DNA of 63,933 nucleotides, the filler included, from Saprolegnia diclina VS20 (lineage: Eukaryota): NCBI RefSeq assembly GCF_000281045.1. It is 5 parts of 2 records of this genome, joined end to end, with 100 filler letters (N's around TTAATTAATTAA, not from the genome) between each part and the next. Parts side by side here need not be neighbours in the genome. Positions count along the whole stretch, not along the records: positions 1 to 31,291 come from NW_008246095.1; positions 31,392 to 54,415 come from NW_008246095.1; 3 more parts are not named here. One strand, 5' to 3'. Position numbers and translations under genes: made by a program. Positions 26,115 to 41,243 of the stretch are shown piece after piece. Under the pieces are notes generated by a model that did not search any database, was not told the origin of the DNA, and worked only from the letters and a program-made list of their open reading frames with translations. Every line of letters starts with the position of its first letter. Within the stretch, counting starts at the first letter, position 1.

Positions 26115-26580
26115 GCAATCGGTTTTTTGAAACGCTTTGGCTAAAAACACGCCACCCAGGACCTTCATCGACTTCATCTCAGTATTGCACGGGTCGCAAA
26201 GTCCCATCAAGAATTCAACACCTCTCAACCCGTGCGGCCCAAGTCCTATTATGACGCCGATGGACCTGCCGTGTAATCACGGTCACGCTGCAGTGTTAGT
26301 ATCTCCAAAGGGCAGAGGTTTTCTCCCTACTTTGTGGCCTGGCCCAAGGGATCCCTTGGTATGGCCCCATCACAATACTGTAGTACGATCGATACTACGT
26401 TGGTCATTCATGGGTGGACATTTGTGTACCTTGCGAGCTAAGAGAGTGCGATAAGACATGTGCCCGTCAAGGACTCCGAGCATCCCAGAGTCCAGTCCTA
26501 AGCGGGTTCGTTCATACTATGAGCGAGCCATAGCTGGCTATTTTGGCTGCTATTTTCGTGGCGTCTATTTCAACCGAGGC

Positions 26581-28084
26581 ATGGATCGAGTGCCACCGGA
26601 GCTCGTCCCGCTGCTCGTCGTGTGGGCGAGCTGCCTCTACATGCCGTTTGCTGTCGCGCTCTACGTGTACTTCAAGCACCACCCGAGTCTGCGCCACCGC
26701 ATGCCGACAGGCACGGCGATCGCCGGCATGTGCGCCACCATCTTTTGCCTCGCCCAGCCGCTCTGCGTCCTCTACGGAGCAAGTATTGACTGCAGGTACG
26801 ACGCTGAAGTGTGCTACGTTTGATTGCACAGCTACGGGCGCAGGCTCGCACTCGTTGTCCTCCAGCTGTCGTGCGCGACGTCAGCGTTCGTGCTTGTCTG
26901 GACGGCCTTTACCGTGCTCGTTTTGTACGGCATCACCGAGATCATTACGTCGCCGACCAACGTGTCGCTCGAGCGCGCGGCGCTGTGGACTTCGTTTCGC
27001 GGCATGATCATCCCGACGGTCCAGATTCCGCTGGGTATCTGCGCGAGCATTACGTGGAATTTACCGCAAATTATTCTCTTGACGCTGCACAGCAAAGCCC
27101 TCGAGCCGCTTTCGTACGCTGAGTGCGTGCAGGTACGAGTCGTTCTCTGTGGACAGAAGTGTCTATGGAACCGAGTCTAGTTGCCGGTGTATACAACGCA
27201 GTCGATTGTCCAGTTTGTCCAAGCTCTCGCGCTCGTCTTGACGTTTTTGTACGTGGCGTACCAACTCCGGTCGACGCTCGACACGTTTCGGCTGCGCCGA
27301 TCGTTCACGCGCACGAGTCTCTACATGCTGCTCCTCGGATTCCTCGCGCTCATCGACGTGCTTCTCGAGACGCTTGTGTCACTCGAGGCCTACCATGTTC
27401 CTGAGCTCCTCTGGGCGCTTGCGCTGCAAGGCGTCGTCACCCTAAACGTTCTACTTCCGCTCATCGGTGCGTACCGCGGCCGCCACCAAGTCCAGCGCAT
27501 TCGAGGTAGCGTCTCGCTACAAGTACGTCTTCTTTGCTGGATAGCTGGATAGTTGGTATCGATTTGTTCCTATTCTTGGATATGCGTAGGCCAATCTGGA
27601 CACATACATGCAGATCGACGAGTACTTTGAGAGCTTTCTCGACTTCTGCGTCGAGGTCCACGACAATATCGGCGTCGCAGTGCTTCAGGCGTGGCGCGCC
27701 TGCGTTGCCTTTCACCATGATGCGTCGCCGTACTCCGTCATCGAATTCTACCAACTCTTCATCGCGACCGGTGGCGCGAGCTCGATTCACGCTGTCCTCG
27801 ACGACGAGATGCGGCGCATGTACGCCAAGCGCGTGCAACACCTGAAGAAGAAGACGCTTTTGACGCCCCGCACGATCAAGGTCGTGCCTTTGGCTTTTAG
27901 CGGCGACATTCATTTTTACCAGCCACTGCGCCACGAGCTCGTACGCACGCTGCGCTGTTCGAATATACCAACGTCGTCGATTGTAGGTCAACAAGCTCGT
28001 CGCGCACCAGCTGCGCGGCTACGAAAATCACGAGCTCGGGAAGAACTGGCTTGCCTTCCATACGCGCCGCCGGTCGATCCATAG
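26581..28084 (+). CDS. multi-pass membrane protein with C-terminal RGS-like domain, multi-exon
   Basis: About 6-7 hydrophobic helices, then EYFESFLDFC...AWRACVAF...FYQLFIATGGASSI, an RGS-like pattern. The 3' end is uncertain. Confidence 0.6.
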
Positions 28085-28730
28085 CCTCGAGTACGTCCAG
28101 CGCGTCGCAACACGGTCCATCTTGGACGTGGACGCTGGTCTCTCGGAGAAGAGCTTAGATCGGCAGCTCGAGCCAACACCGTCAATGCTGCTCTCGTCTC
28201 AAGTCGCGTCGAGCTCCAACCTCGAGACCCCGAGCGTACAGCCGCATTACCACATCTGGAGGCTCACGCAACGCGCGTAGAGTTTTCGACGAAAAAACCT
28301 GCTCAAGGTCATGTCCGATGCGTCGTTTCACGCAAAGTGCGGTGGTCGAGCCTTTGACGATCTTATGGGTCATGGGAATTCCAAGAGTGTCGCTGCCTTG
28401 GCCCCGCGAGCACCCGATCGGGCCGCAAGTGCCAAGCTCCTGCCGCCTCGCTAAGATACAATTCAATTCTGCATCGAGGGCCGTTGGGAACTGTTGAAGC
28501 ACCCAGCGGTGTCTTGGTTCGCGATGACGCGACGCATGATGATGGCCTGAGCGGACACGCTCGACGCGCCCATCGATGTTGGAGAGTTGAGCAGGAGGCC
28601 CGGGATCAGTACCGTTAACCACGAGGGATTAGGTGATTACTGTACAATATTGTACTTTGGTGACAAGATGTGACGCAACAATGGTCGGGCGGGGTAGGGT
28701 TCCGAATGAAACGGGTCCAACGGCTGCGGG

Positions 28731-29814
28731 ATGGAGAGCAGCCATGACGTCGGGCAGGCGCTCGTGGGACTTCGTCCGCTCCGCCACATGTACGATAGCT
28801 GTTGTGTACACTACGTACTTATGTATCACGTAGGCTCGACGTTGACGTGACCGTGCCCATCTTTGCCGACGACGGGTCGGCACTGGGGCGGCTCGCCGTA
28901 CGGCTTCGACCGAGCACGACGCCCAGTGTGACCAATGACAATCGCGGTGTGACGGCCAAGCGCGTGCCCGACGACGTCGACGATCTCTCTGACAGCGAAG
29001 TCGAGAGCCTCGAGTCGCTCGACGGTGCGTTCATTTGGCTCTCGCTGGCCACGCACCTTGTTGTTGACAAACCGCCGACACAACTCGCGCTCAAGCAGCA
29101 GCAGTACTGCCTCGAGTACACCTTTGGGCAAGCCAACGCGCAGACGACGGCCTTGACCCACGAAGAGGTTGATAGTGTGCACTCCCAACGACTCGAAATT
29201 TTCGTAGACGATCAAGGTCCTCGTCAACCGCGAGTTCGTTCAGTACGTGAGTACGGACGTCTTGGTCTTCTCTGTGCGCGTGCGTGCTGCGAGGTGCGCG
29301 CGGCCCGAGATATCATTTGCTCATGTCGCTTGTAGCAACGCCAAGACGGACGACTTCGCGATGGCACCAGCTACCGAACCGGCGGCGACCTCGGTACGCG
29401 TGCCTGCATAGAAGCGGCAGCGCCACCGGTGGCGTAGAATGATAGCAAGGCGCTCATGGAGCAACTGGGGCGCGAGCATGCGAGCATGGTGGAGGAGGCA
29501 GACAAGGAGCGCAGGCGTAATGACGCGCTCCTGGCCGAGCTCACCAACCTTGTGTCCCAAGTCAAGTCGCACGAGGACGAGCTGCGCAAGCAGGCCGAGA
29601 AGAGCCAGGCAGCGTCCAGCGAGCTTGCGGTGCGTCGCTGTGCATCATGCCGTCGCATCTGATAGGACTTCGATAGAAAGCGCAAGAGAAGGCGCGGGCA
29701 GATGTTCGCGAGCGCGAGGCCCTGCAGCGCCAGCTCCAAGAAGCCGACGCCAAGTGGCAAGTGCTCGCGACCACCGCCGAGAACGCCAAGTCCAAGGTCT
29801 GCTGTATTCAGTAG
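28731..29814 (+). CDS. hypothetical protein with C-terminal coiled coil and CaaX motif (-KSKVCCIQ), multi-exon
   Basis: Spliced MESSHDVGQALVGLRPLRHM|LDVDVTVPIFADDGSALGRLAVRL, a heptad-rich exon, and a last exon ending AKSKVCCIQ-TAG at 29812-29814. Confidence 0.6.
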
Positions 29815-29849
29815 TTATAATAGAAATGACGACGATTACGTTGCGCTGC

Positions 29850-30098
29850 TTACGCGACGGGCGGCTTGCGGTCGATTGCACGCAGGAGCGGCGACGACGC
29901 AATGGTCTCCAGTGTCGCGACGTCGGCCCAGCCGTCGGCGACGAAGCGCTTGCATCGGGCCGCGTTCGTCTCGTGACGCCGGAGGCGGAAGAGTTCGCGC
30001 GCGTTGAAGCGGATCTTCTTGGCCATGAGCGGCGGGAAGCGCGCAGACGTCTCGAAGATCGCGCGGTACAGACGCAGCGCGTGGGATCCAGCCATCAT
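29850..30098 (-). CDS. LYR-motif (Complex1_LYR) small mitochondrial protein
   Basis: ALRLYRAIF...ARELFRLRRHET: the LYR motif plus the downstream conserved F. Confidence 0.8.
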   Translation of the reverse strand: MMAGSHALRLYRAIFETSARFPPLMAKKIRFNARELFRLRRHETNAARCKRFVADGWADVATLETIASSPLLRAIDRKPPVA

Positions 30099-31291
30099 CA
30101 CGCTGCCATTCGACTAAACGGACCCAACGCAAGAGATGGGATCGACTGACTAAAATGGGTTTTTCCCAAAAACCCACTCCGAGGCTGCAACGGCGTCTAC
30201 GACACCAACTGGCGACAACGTTGGCCAGACTAGGAATCTCAACTTTTAACTTGGCACTTAACGTCAATGCACAGTACGATCGAATCTAGCTCGACACGAC
30301 GTCCATTTTTACTCGGCGGCACCAGACACCAGAATGTGTACTGGGCGAAGGGCAGAGGTCGAGCCGCTTTGTAGCTCGCTGTTGTCGGCAACGGACAGCG
30401 CCGATAAGGTGCGTGACCAACCGTAAGTCTGCAGAGAAGCAGCTCCTGGGTAGATCGTACGTAGGTGGCGCGGCGTATGATTCGCTGGAGGGTCCTGCCA
30501 CCGGCTCGTTGGGACCATTCGACAACGGGACCCTATCTTGGCGCGTGGACTGCGCACGCCTCGAGGATTCGTCGCACGCGTGATCCTTGACGAAGCTGTG
30601 CCGAGGTACGCCGGAGTGAGCCTCGAAGGCAATACGTCATCAGCAGGATGATCGATCCGAGGCTACGGGTATCTACACCTCAAACTTCGTTGAAGCCAAC
30701 GCGGCGAACCTTCGAGGAAGAGAATCCAAGCACGGCACAGGTAGACGGACGCGCGGGTACTTGTGCAACGTTGTCATTTGCATGAAGTGTACGCTATCGC
30801 TACCTATGGTCTCCGTCGCCTTTCACGTCTTTTGGAGATTCCCGTTCAAAGCTATCGATGAATGATCGACAACCGATCCGAGTTGCGGCAATTGGGCAAA
30901 ACCCTCGTAGCCTTTTAGTCGAAAACACCAGCTGTTTAGTGTGATTACGGTGGACAAGGAAATGGTTGTGTTCCACGTGGTAGCTTGTCTGATGGGGGCC
31001 CACCCAGCTTGTCACGCCTGGCTTCTCGGACCGACACGGGCAAGCCAGCGTCTCGTCTTCATACTGGTTTCGTGACGTGGCTACTGGGATACACACCTCT
31101 CAAGGTCGAACCACGGCGACCCGTAAGCTGCCGTCAACTTCCACCAAATATTCATAGAACTCGTGCGAAAGATGGTGTCATTATCATCATCGCTCGACTA
31201 AACGACTAGGGTACCACGCACTACCGGTATTGTTCTTCTGCAAGTGTCCACGTGATCCGGTCCATGCAGCCATGCATGGCTCTCTTGCCTT

Positions 31292-31391
31292 NNNNNNNNN
31301 NNNNNNNNNNNNNNNNNNNNNNNNNNNNNNNNNNNTTAATTAATTAANNNNNNNNNNNNNNNNNNNNNNNNNNNNNNNNNNNNNNNNNNNN
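31292..31391. other. assembly spacer N-TTAATTAATTAA-N
   Basis: Six-frame stop linker embedded in N runs. Confidence 0.95.
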
Positions 31392-31549
31392 GGACGCGTC
31401 GAGTAGCATTGCAAAAGGATTGTATTTGTATCGACATGGACGCCGAGCGCACTGCGAGAAGTACACGAATTAGTCTACTCGTCGGAGACGCGGTCGGACG
31501 CCGATGGACACGGTCAACGACACGATGTTATATATAAGCTCGACCAGTC

Positions 31550-32938
31550 TTAGATGGTCTTGTTGCGCATCGAGGCGACGTCAAAGCCGGGCATGTTGAA
31601 CTTGGTCGCGAACGCGTTGACGTCGGAGCGGAGCGCCTTGACGCCGGCGTGCGATTCGAGCGCCTTGTTGAAGTCGACAATCTTCTTGCCCGTCGTCGCC
31701 TGGATCTCGAGGCAGAGCTTGACCGCGCGGTGGAGGAAGCCGGCGACAGTGACAAAGTCGGCCTCCTTGAAGCCACGCGACGTCAAGGCCGGCGTGCCGA
31801 CGCGGACGCCACCGGGCGTGACAGCGCTGCGGTCACCGAGCACCGAGTTCTTGTTGAGCGTGATGCACACTTCGTCGCAGAGCTTCTCCATCTTGGAGCC
31901 GGTAATGCCAACGGGGCGGAGATCCCAGAGAAGCAAGTGGTTGTCGGTGCCGCCCGTCGAGAGCACGTAGCCGTACTCGACAAGCGCGGCCGCGATCGCA
32001 CGGCAGTTGGCCTTGACCTGCTTGGCGTACGCCTTGAACTCGGGCGTCATGACCTCCTTGAGCTGCGTCGCGATGGCCGCGATCTGGTGCTCGTGCGGGC
32101 CGCCCTGGAGCGCCGGGAACACCGCCTGGTTGATCTTGTTCTCAAAGCCGCGCGCGTCCTTGCGGAAGAAGATCATGCCGGCGCGCGGGCCGCGAAGACT
32201 CTTGTGCGTCGTCGTCGTGACCACGTCGCAGAGATCGAACGGGCTCGCGTGCTCCTGGGTCGCGACGAGGCCCGAGTAGTGGGCCATGTCGCACATGAGG
32301 AGCGCACCGTTGTCGTCGGCGATCTTGCGGAACGAAGCGTAGTCCCAGTCGCGCGGGTACGCGCTGCCACCGCAGACAATCATGGCAGGCTTGAAGAGAG
32401 CGGCGGTTTCCGCAAGCTTCTCAAAGTCGACGAGGCCCGTCTCGGGGTGGACGCGGTACGGAAGCGACTCGAAGTAGACCGAGGTCGCCGAGACGGCCTT
32501 GCGCGTGTTCTCGGCCTTGGAGTACGTGTAAAAGCCGTGGGTCAAGTGGCCGCCACTAGGCAAGTCGAGGCCCATGATGCGGTCGTGCGGGCGGAGGAGC
32601 GCCGTGTAGACGGCAAAGTTAGCCGGCGAGCCCGAGTACGGCTGCACGTTGACGCCCCACTCTTCGGGGTTGAGGCCATACGCCTTGAGCGCGCGCGTCT
32701 GGCAAAGCGTCTCGATCTTGTCAATGACCTCGTTACCGCCATAGTAGCGCGCGCTCGGGATGCCCTCGGCGTACTTGTTGGTCAAGCACGAGCCAAGGCA
32801 GTCCATGACGGCGCGGGACGTGAAGTTCTCGGACGCGATGAGCTCCAAGCACTTCCACTGGCGGTTCTTCTCGGCCTCAATGAGGTTGAACATCTCCGGG
32901 TCGTGCTGTTCCAAGCTGATGTTACCGGAGGCCGACAT
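31550..32938 (-). CDS. SHMT: serine hydroxymethyltransferase (cytosolic-type, intronless)
   Basis: [32 protein letters not shown] lysine [21 protein letters not shown]. Confidence 0.98.
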   Translation of the reverse strand: MSASGNISLEQHDPEMFNLIEAEKNRQWKCLELIASENFTSRAVMDCLGSCLTNKYAEGIPSARYYGGNEVIDKIETLCQTRALKAYGLNPEEWGVNVQPYSGSPANFAVYTALLRPHDRIMGLDLPSGGHLTHGFYTYSKAENTRKAVSATSVYFESLPYRVHPETGLVDFEKLAETAALFKPAMIVCGGSAYPRDWDYASFRKIADDNGALLMCDMAHYSGLVATQEHASPFDLCDVVTTTTHKSLRGPRAGMIFFRKDARGFENKINQAVFPALQGGPHEHQIAAIATQLKEVMTPEFKAYAKQVKANCRAIAAALVEYGYVLSTGGTDNHLLLWDLRPVGITGSKMEKLCDEVCITLNKNSVLGDRSAVTPGGVRVGTPALTSRGFKEADFVTVAGFLHRAVKLCLEIQATTGKKIVDFNKALESHAGVKALRSDVNAFATKFNMPGFDVASMRNKTI

Positions 32939-32971
32939 GGTGAGGAAGAGGAGGCTGCTGCGACGAAGGAG

Positions 32972-32988
32972 GCAAAAGGCAAAGTGAG
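32972..32988 (-). promoter_or_regulatory. oomycete INR/FPR-like core promoter of SHMT
   Basis: Minus strand CTCACTTTGCCTTTTGC about 35 bp upstream of the ATG, with CCAAT-like boxes at ~33050-33090. Confidence 0.5.
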
Positions 32989-33784
32989 AAGATCGAAATA
33001 TCGATGGGGCGCCCACCCGTTTTTCGAAGCGGGCAGGATGGTGCAAGGCCATTGGCCAAAATGAAAAAGATATCGTTGGCTCCTCCAATCATCCTTCGTT
33101 TAGAAAAGATCCCTAGTGTGATTAGGTAAGCGGATGCGCATTAAATTTCATTGTATTTTTATACCACCAAGTAATCTTCCATACAACCGCCAAGTGAAGG
33201 CCGACGAAGACCGCTGGCAACCGAATTAAATGACGATGGAAAAGCATCACCAGGAATTAAATGGCACATCAACGGTATACGCATCCGCCGCCGAACGCAT
33301 CGGGAATTCGTGGCCGGGGCCAAATGTATGGTAATCTTCATGCGGTGCTGCCACGTCGTACGGCGTCATCGCATCCCTTCCCGAGCTCCGTGCACAGACC
33401 TCATGGCATGCGCTTGCTCGTCGACCTGGCAGGTAGCTTTGTCCCGCTGGGCTAGTGCGTGATGGGTGCGACATGGCACCCGGCGTGGCACGCCAAGGCG
33501 CACGGTAACTCTTGTGGCCGCCGATGCGCGCGTCGGTGGCCATCTAGGCACGTGCTCGCGTGACTGGCCATGAGGCCGTGGTATTCTTGACGTGGCGCCA
33601 CGAACGCGAGCCACCTCATTTGTGACTTGCGCATTCGCTCCGGCGCTACAGTCGACGGTTGTCGTCGGGTCACTGGCAAAGCTCTGGCATCGCATTTCAC
33701 CAAGAAACAACAGCAGAATGAGAATGAGAGGAACACGTCTTAACGCTGTTTGCACAGAAGTCTGATGTACACGCGAGCGCCGTC

Positions 33785-35473
<1,689 letters not shown>

Positions 35474-36254
35474 GGTCGAAATGATCTTGTGTGGTGCACC
35501 TGCTTTTGTATCCGCTTATCCGAACCAATATCCGGATACCACCCAGCTCTTGCCCACTTCAACCTGCCAGGATCCTTCCTGGCTTCAGCTGTGGCCGTCG
35601 GGCGACCTGTCGTCGACGCTGCGTCTACCGCCGAGGTGCTTGTGCGATGTCTCGGGCGCCAACGCCATACATGTAGTGTGCGTGGAAGGACGAAGGGCGT
35701 CGACAGTGTTGCTACCGTGCCTCCAGCAGTGTCCCAGATCTTAGATAAGAACTGCGTCTTCTTATCTAATCCAAACGGCCAGCGCGGCCACCGCGCGATG
35801 GCGCAGGATAAGGATATGTGCACGACCCTGCGACGTATGTGTACGGTGTAGCTACTACTACTCTTGCAGCGGATCCTACTCGCACGGCCAAGTCCGATGG
35901 CCCACACTGCGAGCTGCGATATGCGTCCTATCAGCTGCGGTGGCAGCCGGTCCACGAGGGCCTAGCTCGAGGGCCTTGGCCGGCTCGGCGTCGATCCCAC
36001 GCCCTCGTACATGGCAGCCTGTCGCCCATGTATACACGGCGTAGGACCTGTCTACCGCATCGTCGGTGCTTTGTCCAGCCTCCAGCGCCGCCTCAGTGCG
36101 TGCCAGTGGAGCACCTACGCCACGCCTGTTACCAACGCGAGCAATTTAATACATTTCGTGGGCGTAGACTTGGGTTTTGTAGGTGGAATTGAGCAAACGC
36201 AAAACAAGGCGGAATTTGAAGCCATCAACCAAGCGTGTCGGCGACGCTCCTTGT

Positions 36255-37446
36255 ATGAAACGAAGGAGCACAGAGTCCGACGTCAGCCGCGCCACGAAGC
36301 CTCGCCTCATGACCGCCATGCCCGACCCGACCAAGGACGAAGAGGACGAGACGTCGCCGCCGTCGCCCGTCGAGAAGGACTCGGGCGCACCCGAGAACGA
36401 AGACGACCTCGTCGACTTTGTCGTGCTCCGCGTCGACGAGCTACAAGCGCCGGCGACCAACTTTAGCTGGAGCCCACGCCTCATATCGGCGTCGTGGCAA
36501 GTCAAGTACACGGCTGTCGAGACGCTGCGGCAGACCATCAAGTTTGACCCGGCGTACATTCAAGGCGACGATGCCCACATGTACTGTGCATGCAATGGTG
36601 TCTAGGCGAGCTGACCATGCGATAGCATTGATGCCACCAAGGACCTCGTCGTGCCCAGCGCACTTGATTTGCGCTCAACACTGGCGCGCAACGCGCTCCT
36701 CTGCCTCGGCGAGCTCATCCAATGCACGCCGCAGTCGGCTCTTCTGTCCGTCGTGATCCCCGCCCTCCTATATCGGTCCGTCACGGACAAGAAGTTTATG
36801 CAGAGAGTCGCCACGACCGTACGCCCGCTTTATCTGCTGCGTCGACGAAGACCTTATGCTGCGTAGGCGCTGGACCACACGGTGCGTTGCTGCGACCCGC
36901 TCGACGTGCTCTCGGAGCTCTTGCCGTTCGCGACCGACAAGAACGCCCAGCTCGTGACCAAAGTACTGCTTGTTTCAAAGTATCGAAGTATCAATCGGGA
37001 AGTGTAGGCTGGGACCTACGTCGAACAGTGCCTGCTCAAGAGCCTCGCGCAGCCATGGGAAGCCGCGCAGCTGCACGCATGGATCACACCGCTCGCCAAC
37101 TTTCTCAACTGCCGCGACGTCCACGGCAAACCCGCGGCGAAGCGCTGCCTCATGCTCCTCCGCAAGACGTTTGGGGTCCGTTCGCGTCCAAGTCCTCCGT
37201 TTTGTATGTAGCGCTGTGTAGGATGTGGCATTTGAAGCCGCTGTCGACGCGCAGCTCAGTGGCATCACTCGTGCCGATGTTCTCAAGGTCTCGACGGCCG
37301 CCGCCCGAAGCTCGAGTATCGTACGGGTGCACCCGGGCCAAAAGAAGGGCGCCAAACTCAGCACGCGGTCGGGCCCGAGTCTCAAGGAGCGCCTGCAACA
37401 ACAGCAACAGGCAGCAAAAGCGACGCCAGTACCTAAGTCGCCGTAA
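36255..37446 (+). CDS. TOG/CLASP-N-like HEAT-repeat protein, multi-exon
   Basis: SWQVKYTAVETLR, LDLRSTLARNALLCLGEL, LLYRSVTDKKFM. Confidence 0.65.
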
Positions 37447-37480
37447 CGACACGAGCTCAAACACATTGCGTTGGCTTGCA

Positions 37481-40400
37481 TTAGTGCGGCACAAAGGCGC
37501 TCGGGTCGATCGCAGCGATCGCGAGTGCATGCGCCGGCACACGGACGACCTCGACGCTGACCCCGGCGCCATTGGACGTTTGCAGCTCGAGCGATGGACC
37601 GTAAAACGAGCCAAGAGACAGCTGCAAGACTAGCGCGTTGAACGACGACGAGAGCACGATAGCCGATGCAGTGGCGAGCCCGGCAAGGAGGCCTGGTAGC
37701 TGCGCGGGGGCGGCCGACGCCGGCGCAATCGTTCCGACGGGCAAGCCGCCCACGAAGACGGACAACGAGACGTTGTCATTCGGGCTTGGAATCGTCACCG
37801 AGAGCACGAGTGGTGACGATAGAAGCGTCATTTGGAGCCCGAGGTCCACGCGGGCCGTCACGGGGCAGCCGGCGACGTCACGGGCATTCATTGTTGCGAG
37901 GTACGACCGCACGCCCCGAGCATCGATGGCGACTGCCGTCGTCAAGACCCCTTGCCAATCCAGTGGAAGCGACAGGGTGGAGCCAGGCGGCTGCCAAGTC
38001 ATGGCCTCGGTGGCCAACGCGATGGCCGAGGCCACTTGGCGCAGGAGCAGCGGACAGCTGCCGATGCAGCCGTCAATCGGACGCTGCAAGGCAACACATG
38101 TGCCTACGAAACATGCTAAGACACCAAAGCGTAGTGCGTGACGTACGGTTGGGCGTCGCCGCTGCGCTCACGGGTACGTTGGGTGATTCAAACGCTTGGT
38201 ACGGGAACCCGAACCGCGTCGTGTTGAGCGGTGCGACGTACACCAGTAAGCGCGGTGGCTGCAGCACCGACGACGCCGTCACCGACAGTGTCGGCAAGTG
38301 ACGTGTCGCATAGTTGGCAAACGTTATAAACAGCGTGGCGTCGTCCATCGACGATATCGTGACGTCTGCGATTGGTGCAAAGAACGTCGAGAGGACGTCC
38401 GAGGCGTTGCTGGGTGCAATGGTCAGCGACGTCGACGTCGGCCTGTCCACTGTCAGCGTGCGTGTGGTAGCGTTGACGACGCTTAGGGACTGGACGCCGA
38501 CGACGCTCCGTAGCGCGAGCATGCGACCTTGCACAATGTCGCTATAGGTCGTCACGATCGGGCACGCATGGTGGAGAAAGCAGTGCATCGCCGCCAAGAA
38601 GAGCGTCGTGTCGGCGCTACTTGCAGTGTCGACGCACGCCGTGACCGCGTCTGTGACGTCGATCGATGCAAACACTGGTTGCGTCGAGAGCTGGGCGACT
38701 GCGGATGCGAACACCGCCTCCTTGCAGGTAAGCAGCGGCGCGCAGCTATCGAGGCTGCGACAGGCGGCTGCACAGCCAACACACAGCGCTACGAGCGTCG
38801 TTAGCGTGCAAGGAGAGCAACGACGGCGTACGTGTCTCGAGCACGACTGCGCTGTCGCTGGAGGAAGTGGGGTCGAGCACCAGCAGCTGCGTCGCCATCG
38901 ACATCCTTGTGATCGTCGCCGGCGCCGAGCTCGATACGACCACCGGCAACGCGAGCGGCAGACGCATCAGTGGGGAAAACGTCACGGTGACTTGCGTGCC
39001 CGACGTACTCACCGCGGTGGTCACGTTCACGTAGACAGTAGGTGCGTGGACAGTGAGCGCTGTCGCTAGGGCGCCTGGCGTTGAAAACAAGCTCGACGTC
39101 GAGACGTTGAACACGCCAAACGGGTACGCCAAGAGCGTTGAAAAGTCCGTGGTCGAGTTGCTGACCCAGAGACTGTGCGTCTCGTCGCTGCTCGCACGAA
39201 GCTGCGCGCCGTGCACAGGACACGCGAACGCGGCAAGGCACGCATAGTACTTGGCCAACGCCGTATCGGACGACGGTCCGGATGGCTGCTGGAAGAGCGC
39301 CGTGGCGTCCGTCACGCCCGTTGCGATTTGAGTTTGCAGTTGCGTCATCCAGGCGGCGTTGGCTTGGTAGCACACTGGGCGGCCATAGCACGTGGCGTCG
39401 TAGTAGCGCTGGCACTGATCGCACGCTACAGGGACGTCAAGCCCATCATCAGAGTGGACGTCAAATACCGGTGGCTAGCGTTGCCCTGCACGTCGTCGTC
39501 GGTGCCGGTGCCGCAGCACTCCAGGCGATCGTTGAGCTCGGGTATAATGCTAGATAGGAAAGCGACTGCGCGCCAAGCGAGCAGCGAGCAGGCTCTGCCC
39601 CGTACTGCGCCATGACAGTCGACCAGGCCGTCGTCGCCTCGAGCTGGCTCACCACGTACCGAAGCTCGAACGTGTGAGTCAGGGCCAGCTCGAACGTCGT
39701 TGTCGTTGCGGACGTGGCGACCACTCGGACACTCTCGAGCGGACGGGCGAAGAAGGCTGCGATCGCAATGCGTTGGATGGTCGCAGCGAGCGGCGCGAGG
39801 GTATACGGGCAGTCGAGCTGCAGGTACGGGTACCACTCCCGCTTGCCCAACGATGGCAGCGGTGTGAGTGTGATGGCGTAGCCGTCCAGCGCGGCTTGGA
39901 GCGCTTCCGCATTGGCGAGGATCGTGGCAGCGTCGCCGGCGACGACAAAGTTGATGGAATTACCAAGCGACGTCGAGAGCATCGCCGAGGCGTCGGGCGG
40001 CAACGTCGTGAGCGTCAAGTCTGCAAAGACAGCAAACGACGCGTTCAAGCTCGGCTGGAGCACGCTGAGGAAGCCGTCGATGACAGGGGAGAGCGTGCTG
40101 AGCGTCACGGGATCTGCAATGCCGTACGCAACGATGTACGCCGATGGCGGCGGGCTCGAGATGCTCGACAGCGGGTACGCGGCCGTTGGATTAAGCTGCG
40201 GATACGCTGGCCACGCCGCGGCGCTATCAACATATGAGACGCAGCCGACTGCGTTCCTTCGTACGTCTGCGGCAAGGCGCTATCGCCGTTGCTGTCGGGC
40301 GTCTGCGTCAGCAGCGAGAGACGCCATGGGGATGCTGCCAGCAGCGTCTGCAGCGGCCGCGTCAGCGCCGACGTGACGACGTCAAAGGTGCTGGGCGTCA

Positions 40401-41183
40401 CCTACGTTCGACGTGGCCTCGTCTTGGTACAAGAGGACGCGAAGACATACCCCCACAATCGCCACGGGCACGATGGTGGCTATGCCGTTGTAGACGTCGT
40501 ACGGCGCTTGCACCGCGGTCGGGGCAAAGACCGATGTCGTCGACACGTTGAGCAGCTGCGCGACCGCGTGCACAAGAGCCATGCGGTGCCAAAAGCCGAG
40601 CGTTGCCCCGCGTAGCACAAGGTACCATTGCACGTACCCTGCGCTCGTCGGTCCTGAGGGTTTGGCCTCGCCGCGCAGAACCGGCGCCGCCACGAGCTAC
40701 TCTCGGCCATGTGACGCCGCGTTCGACAAGAGCGCATGTTACCTGGAGCGGCGTCGCCTGGTCGAGAAGCTGGAAGCGCCGGTGGAGCGTGCTCAGCGAC
40801 GTGCGCAAGCCCGTCCACACGATCGACGCGCCAAGGCCCGTGAGAAGGCTCGACCGATTGGCATCGGTTGGCAGTTGAAAACACACGTCCAAGACCACAT
40901 TGCCCTTTGCGTTGAGCGACGGCGCCGTGACGTCGACGCGTCGGAGGCGGACGCTCGTCTTGACGTCCGACTGCGCGAGGAACGCCACGAGCGCGTGCGA
41001 CACATTGGGCGTTGCGTGCTGAAGCTCGTCGAGGGAGACGGCTTGGGCGACGCGCAGCGACGCCTGGACGCACGGTGGCGGGCTGCGTCCATCTGTCGCT
41101 GGGCCTTGCACGACGACGAGCTCTGCGCCACCAACGCATGCGAGCAGCCATAGCAGTAGCAATAGCCCTCGTCGCTTGGCCAT
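37481..41183 (-). CDS. large secreted/surface protein of unknown function, multi-exon
   Basis: Signal peptide MAKRRGLLLLLWLLACVGGA, then a series of codon-biased minus-strand exons joined by GT-AG introns, with paired-Cys helical segments and beta-rich Thr/Val/Ser segments. Confidence 0.65.
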
Positions 41184-41243
41184 GGATATCCGAAATGCAA
41201 CGGAAACGACCGGCGAAACCACAGAAGGTTTAGTGCACAAGCC

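Noticed and set aside
30691..30712. Resemblance to the SSU rRNA motif GAAGCAACGCGAAGAACCTT
   Set aside because: Short with several mismatches and no flanking similarity, consistent with chance.
31336..31347. Repeated TTAATTAATTAA palindrome (also 54460, 59084, 61673)
   Set aside because: Always centred in ~100-base N spacers, so it is an artificial six-frame-stop contig linker and not biological.
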